A DNA stretch of 64,000 bases from Eledone cirrhosa (Eukaryota), in assembly GCA_964016885.1 (NCBI GenBank), contig OZ024743.1, forward strand, positions 11,408,001-11,472,000, read 5' to 3'. Below are positions 61,438 to 64,000 of this stretch, in pieces (within the stretch, counting starts at the first letter, position 1; the number at the start of each line of letters is the position of its first letter). The position numbers and the translations under genes are program-made. The notes beneath the pieces were generated by a model. That model saw only the letters and a program-made list of their open reading frames with translations. It searched no databases and had not been told where the DNA came from.

Positions 61438-64000
61438 ATGACCTCACTCAGAATAGGCAGCATAAATGCGCGTGGCTTGGGGTCGTCATGGAAGCAGGGT
61501 CACCTGCTCAACGACCTCAGGTCACTAAACATAGATGTAGTGGCCATCAGCGAGACCAGAATCTCCGAAGCACGGGCCTTCGCACCGATCTTCGGCGGCT
61601 ACGATGTGTACGCATCTCCCAGCCGTCCTGGATCGGGTGGAGGAGTTGCTGTGCTTTTTCGGAGAGGTTTGGATCTCGCCATACGGGCCATCTTCCTGGA
61701 CCCAGAGGGTAAGCTGGTGGTGCTGGACGTGACCAGCGGAGACGGGCAAGCTTTCAGGCTAGTGGCCGTCTATGCCCCGACAGGAGCAGGGCGGCCTGAT
61801 TTCTTCCGGCGTCTGGAGACCTTTCTTGGAACGTCCCGCTCTTTAGTGTTAGTGGGCGACTGGAACGGGATCTTAGATGCACGCTGGGACTGTGTGGGAT
61901 TAGCGGATAGGGGTGGAGGGTGCAAGAGCCTCACCAACCTGCTCAGGCGTTTTGAACTGTCTGACAGGTACCGATTGGATTTCCCGAATGTGCCAATGTG
62001 GACTTGGACAAACCGCATAGGGTCATCCAGATCATATCTAGATAGAGTATTTTGTAGGGAAATAGATAGGTCTAGCATAGGCTGTCCACAATTCAAGATA
62101 GTCAGCTACACGGACCACAAATTCGTGACCTGTGTGCTTGACTTAGATAGGCTTCATAGACGAGGACCCGGCTACTGGAAGCTAAACGCGTCCTTACCAG
62201 CGCGCAAGGCCTACAGAGACCGGATTAGCGAACTAGTTAAGCGGGCGTTGACGGGGGCCATCGTCAACAACAAGTGGTGGTTTGCTCTGAAAAGAGCGAT
62301 TAGAATAGAATCGATTAGGTTTAGTAAGGCTTTAGCAATAGAGAAAAATAGAGCAGAGGGAGAACTAGTTAGAAAATTAGACGAGGCGCTTAGCAAAGGC
62401 ATTGCGACCGACGTGCTTGCGGCGAAATTGGCCCTTGACCAATTCTTCAATGCAAAGCACGAAGGCTGCGTTGTCAGAGCTAGGGTGCGTGCTCTCAGAC
62501 ACGAGGGGACGAAAGCCGTTCAATGGGCCCGAGTGGCGGAGGCGCGTCGTGGCAACAAAGCCACGATCCGGTCTTTGGTGGACCACGACGGGCGCATGCT
62601 ACTCGATCCCGGGCAAATGTGTGAAGCTTTTCAGCGACACTTCGCTCAGCTGTTCGGGGGCAGCGGGGGGCCGGGTAGAGGGATGGACTTTAGTGTCTAC
62701 CTCGACGGACTGCCGCGGCTCTCGGCCACTGAGGCGAAGTGTTGCGAAAAGCCGATAACAGCCGCTGAAGTACGGGAGGCAATGACTGGCTGCACAAGGG
62801 GTAAATCGCCTGGTTTAGATGGTCTGCCCTATGAACTTTACGTACAGATGCCAGACTTGTTCGGAGGCCTCTTGGCGGACGTCTACTGCAACTGGCAACA
62901 GAACGGGAGAATTCCCAGTTCTGTGAGCCGAGGAGCGGTGGCACTGCTGAGAAAGGATCCGAACAAGGGGGATAACATAGACAATTTCCGGCCCATAACT
63001 CTGCTAAACACAGAGTTTAAGATTTTGGCCAAGGTGCTAGCAAAGAGGTTGGCGCTTGTCGTTGGTGGTCTGGTGGGAGAGGCGCAGACATGCGCCATTC
63101 CCGACATATCCATCCACGACAACCTCCACCTCATGCGATACATCGTAGAGAGGGTAGCTAGGGAACCTGGCACGGGTGGGTCCTTGATCAATTTAGATCA
63201 GTCGAAAGCTTTCGATAGGGTCGACCATCGTTACCTAGCGGCAGTCCTGAGGGCGGCTGGCTTTGGGCCCGTCTTCAGAGGCTGGATCGCTGCCATGCAC
63301 AGCGACATCTGCTCTGTAGTGAGAGTGAACGGTCACCTGTCGGAACCGTTCAACATCATGCGCTCGGTCCGCCAAGGATGTCCCCTCTCGTCCCTCTTGT
63401 ACGTATTGACTCTCGAGCCATTACTGCACAAACTGGAGACGTTGAGGGGAGTCCCGCGCGAACTAGAATGCGGAAGATCCGTGTCAGCATATGCGGACGA
63501 TGTCACCGTAGTGGTGTCGAACGCCAAACACATCGAGGCGATCGGCACTACACTAAGAGAATACGAAGCGGTGACAGGAGCAATGATCAACCAGGAAAAG
63601 TCAGTGGGCCTGCAGCTCGGCACCTGGAGAGGCAGGTCCATGCCGTCCAACAGCGTCGTCGGGCGCTGGACAGACGGACCGGTTAAATTGCTAGGGGTCT
63701 GGTTCGGTCCGGACCTCCAGACGGACAAAAACTGGGACGAGGTGACGAGCAGGGTGGCTTCTCTCACCCAGAAATGGGCGGAGAGGAAGCTATCCCTGAA
63801 AGGTCGAGCGGAGGTGGCTAACGCGTACATCGCGTCTGTCATCTGCTACCGCCTAACCGTCGTACCTTGTCCTAAGCCTCGCCTGACTGCGCTGGAGCGT
63901 TTGCTCTTTCGCTTTTTGTGGAAGGGACGCGCTCCGATGGTCAGGCGGTCCATCTGTTGTCAACACCCGCTACGTGGAGGGCTGGGCATGCCGTGGCTGA
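61438..64000 (+). CDS. LINE ORF2 (APE-RT), partial, open to the window end
   Basis: ATG at 61438 (MTSLRIGSINARG); near-identical to 55403 onward, including YADD at ~63490. Confidence 0.93.
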   Translation, partial: MTSLRIGSINARGLGSSWKQGHLLNDLRSLNIDVVAISETRISEARAFAPIFGGYDVYASPSRPGSGGGVAVLFRRGLDLAIRAIFLDPEGKLVVLDVTSGDGQAFRLVAVYAPTGAGRPDFFRRLETFLGTSRSLVLVGDWNGILDARWDCVGLADRGGGCKSLTNLLRRFELSDRYRLDFPNVPMWTWTNRIGSSRSYLDRVFCREIDRSSIGCPQFKIVSYTDHKFVTCVLDLDRLHRRGPGYWKLNASLPARKAYRDRISELVKRALTGAIVNNKWWFALKRAIRIESIRFSKALAIEKNRAEGELVRKLDEALSKGIATDVLAAKLALDQFFNAKHEGCVVRARVRALRHEGTKAVQWARVAEARRGNKATIRSLVDHDGRMLLDPGQMCEAFQRHFAQLFGGSGGPGRGMDFSVYLDGLPRLSATEAKCCEKPITAAEVREAMTGCTRGKSPGLDGLPYELYVQMPDLFGGLLADVYCNWQQNGRIPSSVSRGAVALLRKDPNKGDNIDNFRPITLLNTEFKILAKVLAKRLALVVGGLVGEAQTCAIPDISIHDNLHLMRYIVERVAREPGTGGSLINLDQSKAFDRVDHRYLAAVLRAAGFGPVFRGWIAAMHSDICSVVRVNGHLSEPFNIMRSVRQGCPLSSLLYVLTLEPLLHKLETLRGVPRELECGRSVSAYADDVTVVVSNAKHIEAIGTTLREYEAVTGAMINQEKSVGLQLGTWRGRSMPSNSVVGRWTDGPVKLLGVWFGPDLQTDKNWDEVTSRVASLTQKWAERKLSLKGRAEVANAYIASVICYRLTVVPCPKPRLTALERLLFRFLWKGRAPMVRRSICCQHPLRGGLGMPWL

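Larger units (their letters stand above)
59093..64000 (+). mobile_element. Tx1/L1-clade LINE copy 3 (runs off the window end)
   Basis: Begins immediately after the copy-2 tail; intact ORF1 and open ORF2. Confidence 0.95.

Overview
AT-rich, microsatellite-laden animal genomic DNA. The SINE types and the HSP70 features suggest a mollusc, probably an octopus (inference). Layout: (1) 1-5830 is a degenerate hexamer repeat followed by a ~890-bp higher-order satellite with an internal fold-back. (2) ~5.8-27 kb is a transposon graveyard: tRNA/CORE-like SINEs, CR1-, RTE-, CRE-like and Penelope remnants, mariner, piggyBac-type MITEs and three hammerhead-ribozyme motifs. (3) 27.1-43.4 kb is a decaying tandem array around an intronless inducible-type hsp70: one near-intact copy with a 2-nt frameshift and HSE/CRE/TATA promoter, one deleted fragment, and three copies of the downstream block. 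One block copy carries an aberrantly inserted non-autonomous LTR element. (4) 47.6-64 kb holds three Tx1/L1-clade LINEs head-to-tail, the second and third each starting directly after the previous element's (ATT)n tail. Best novel candidate: all three LINEs keep a GTAAGT donor at the end of ORF1 and an AG 52-54 nt downstream inside the ORF2 start. In the two younger copies, splicing this mini-intron would fuse ORF1 to ORF2 in frame. All calls are by eye; no searches were run.
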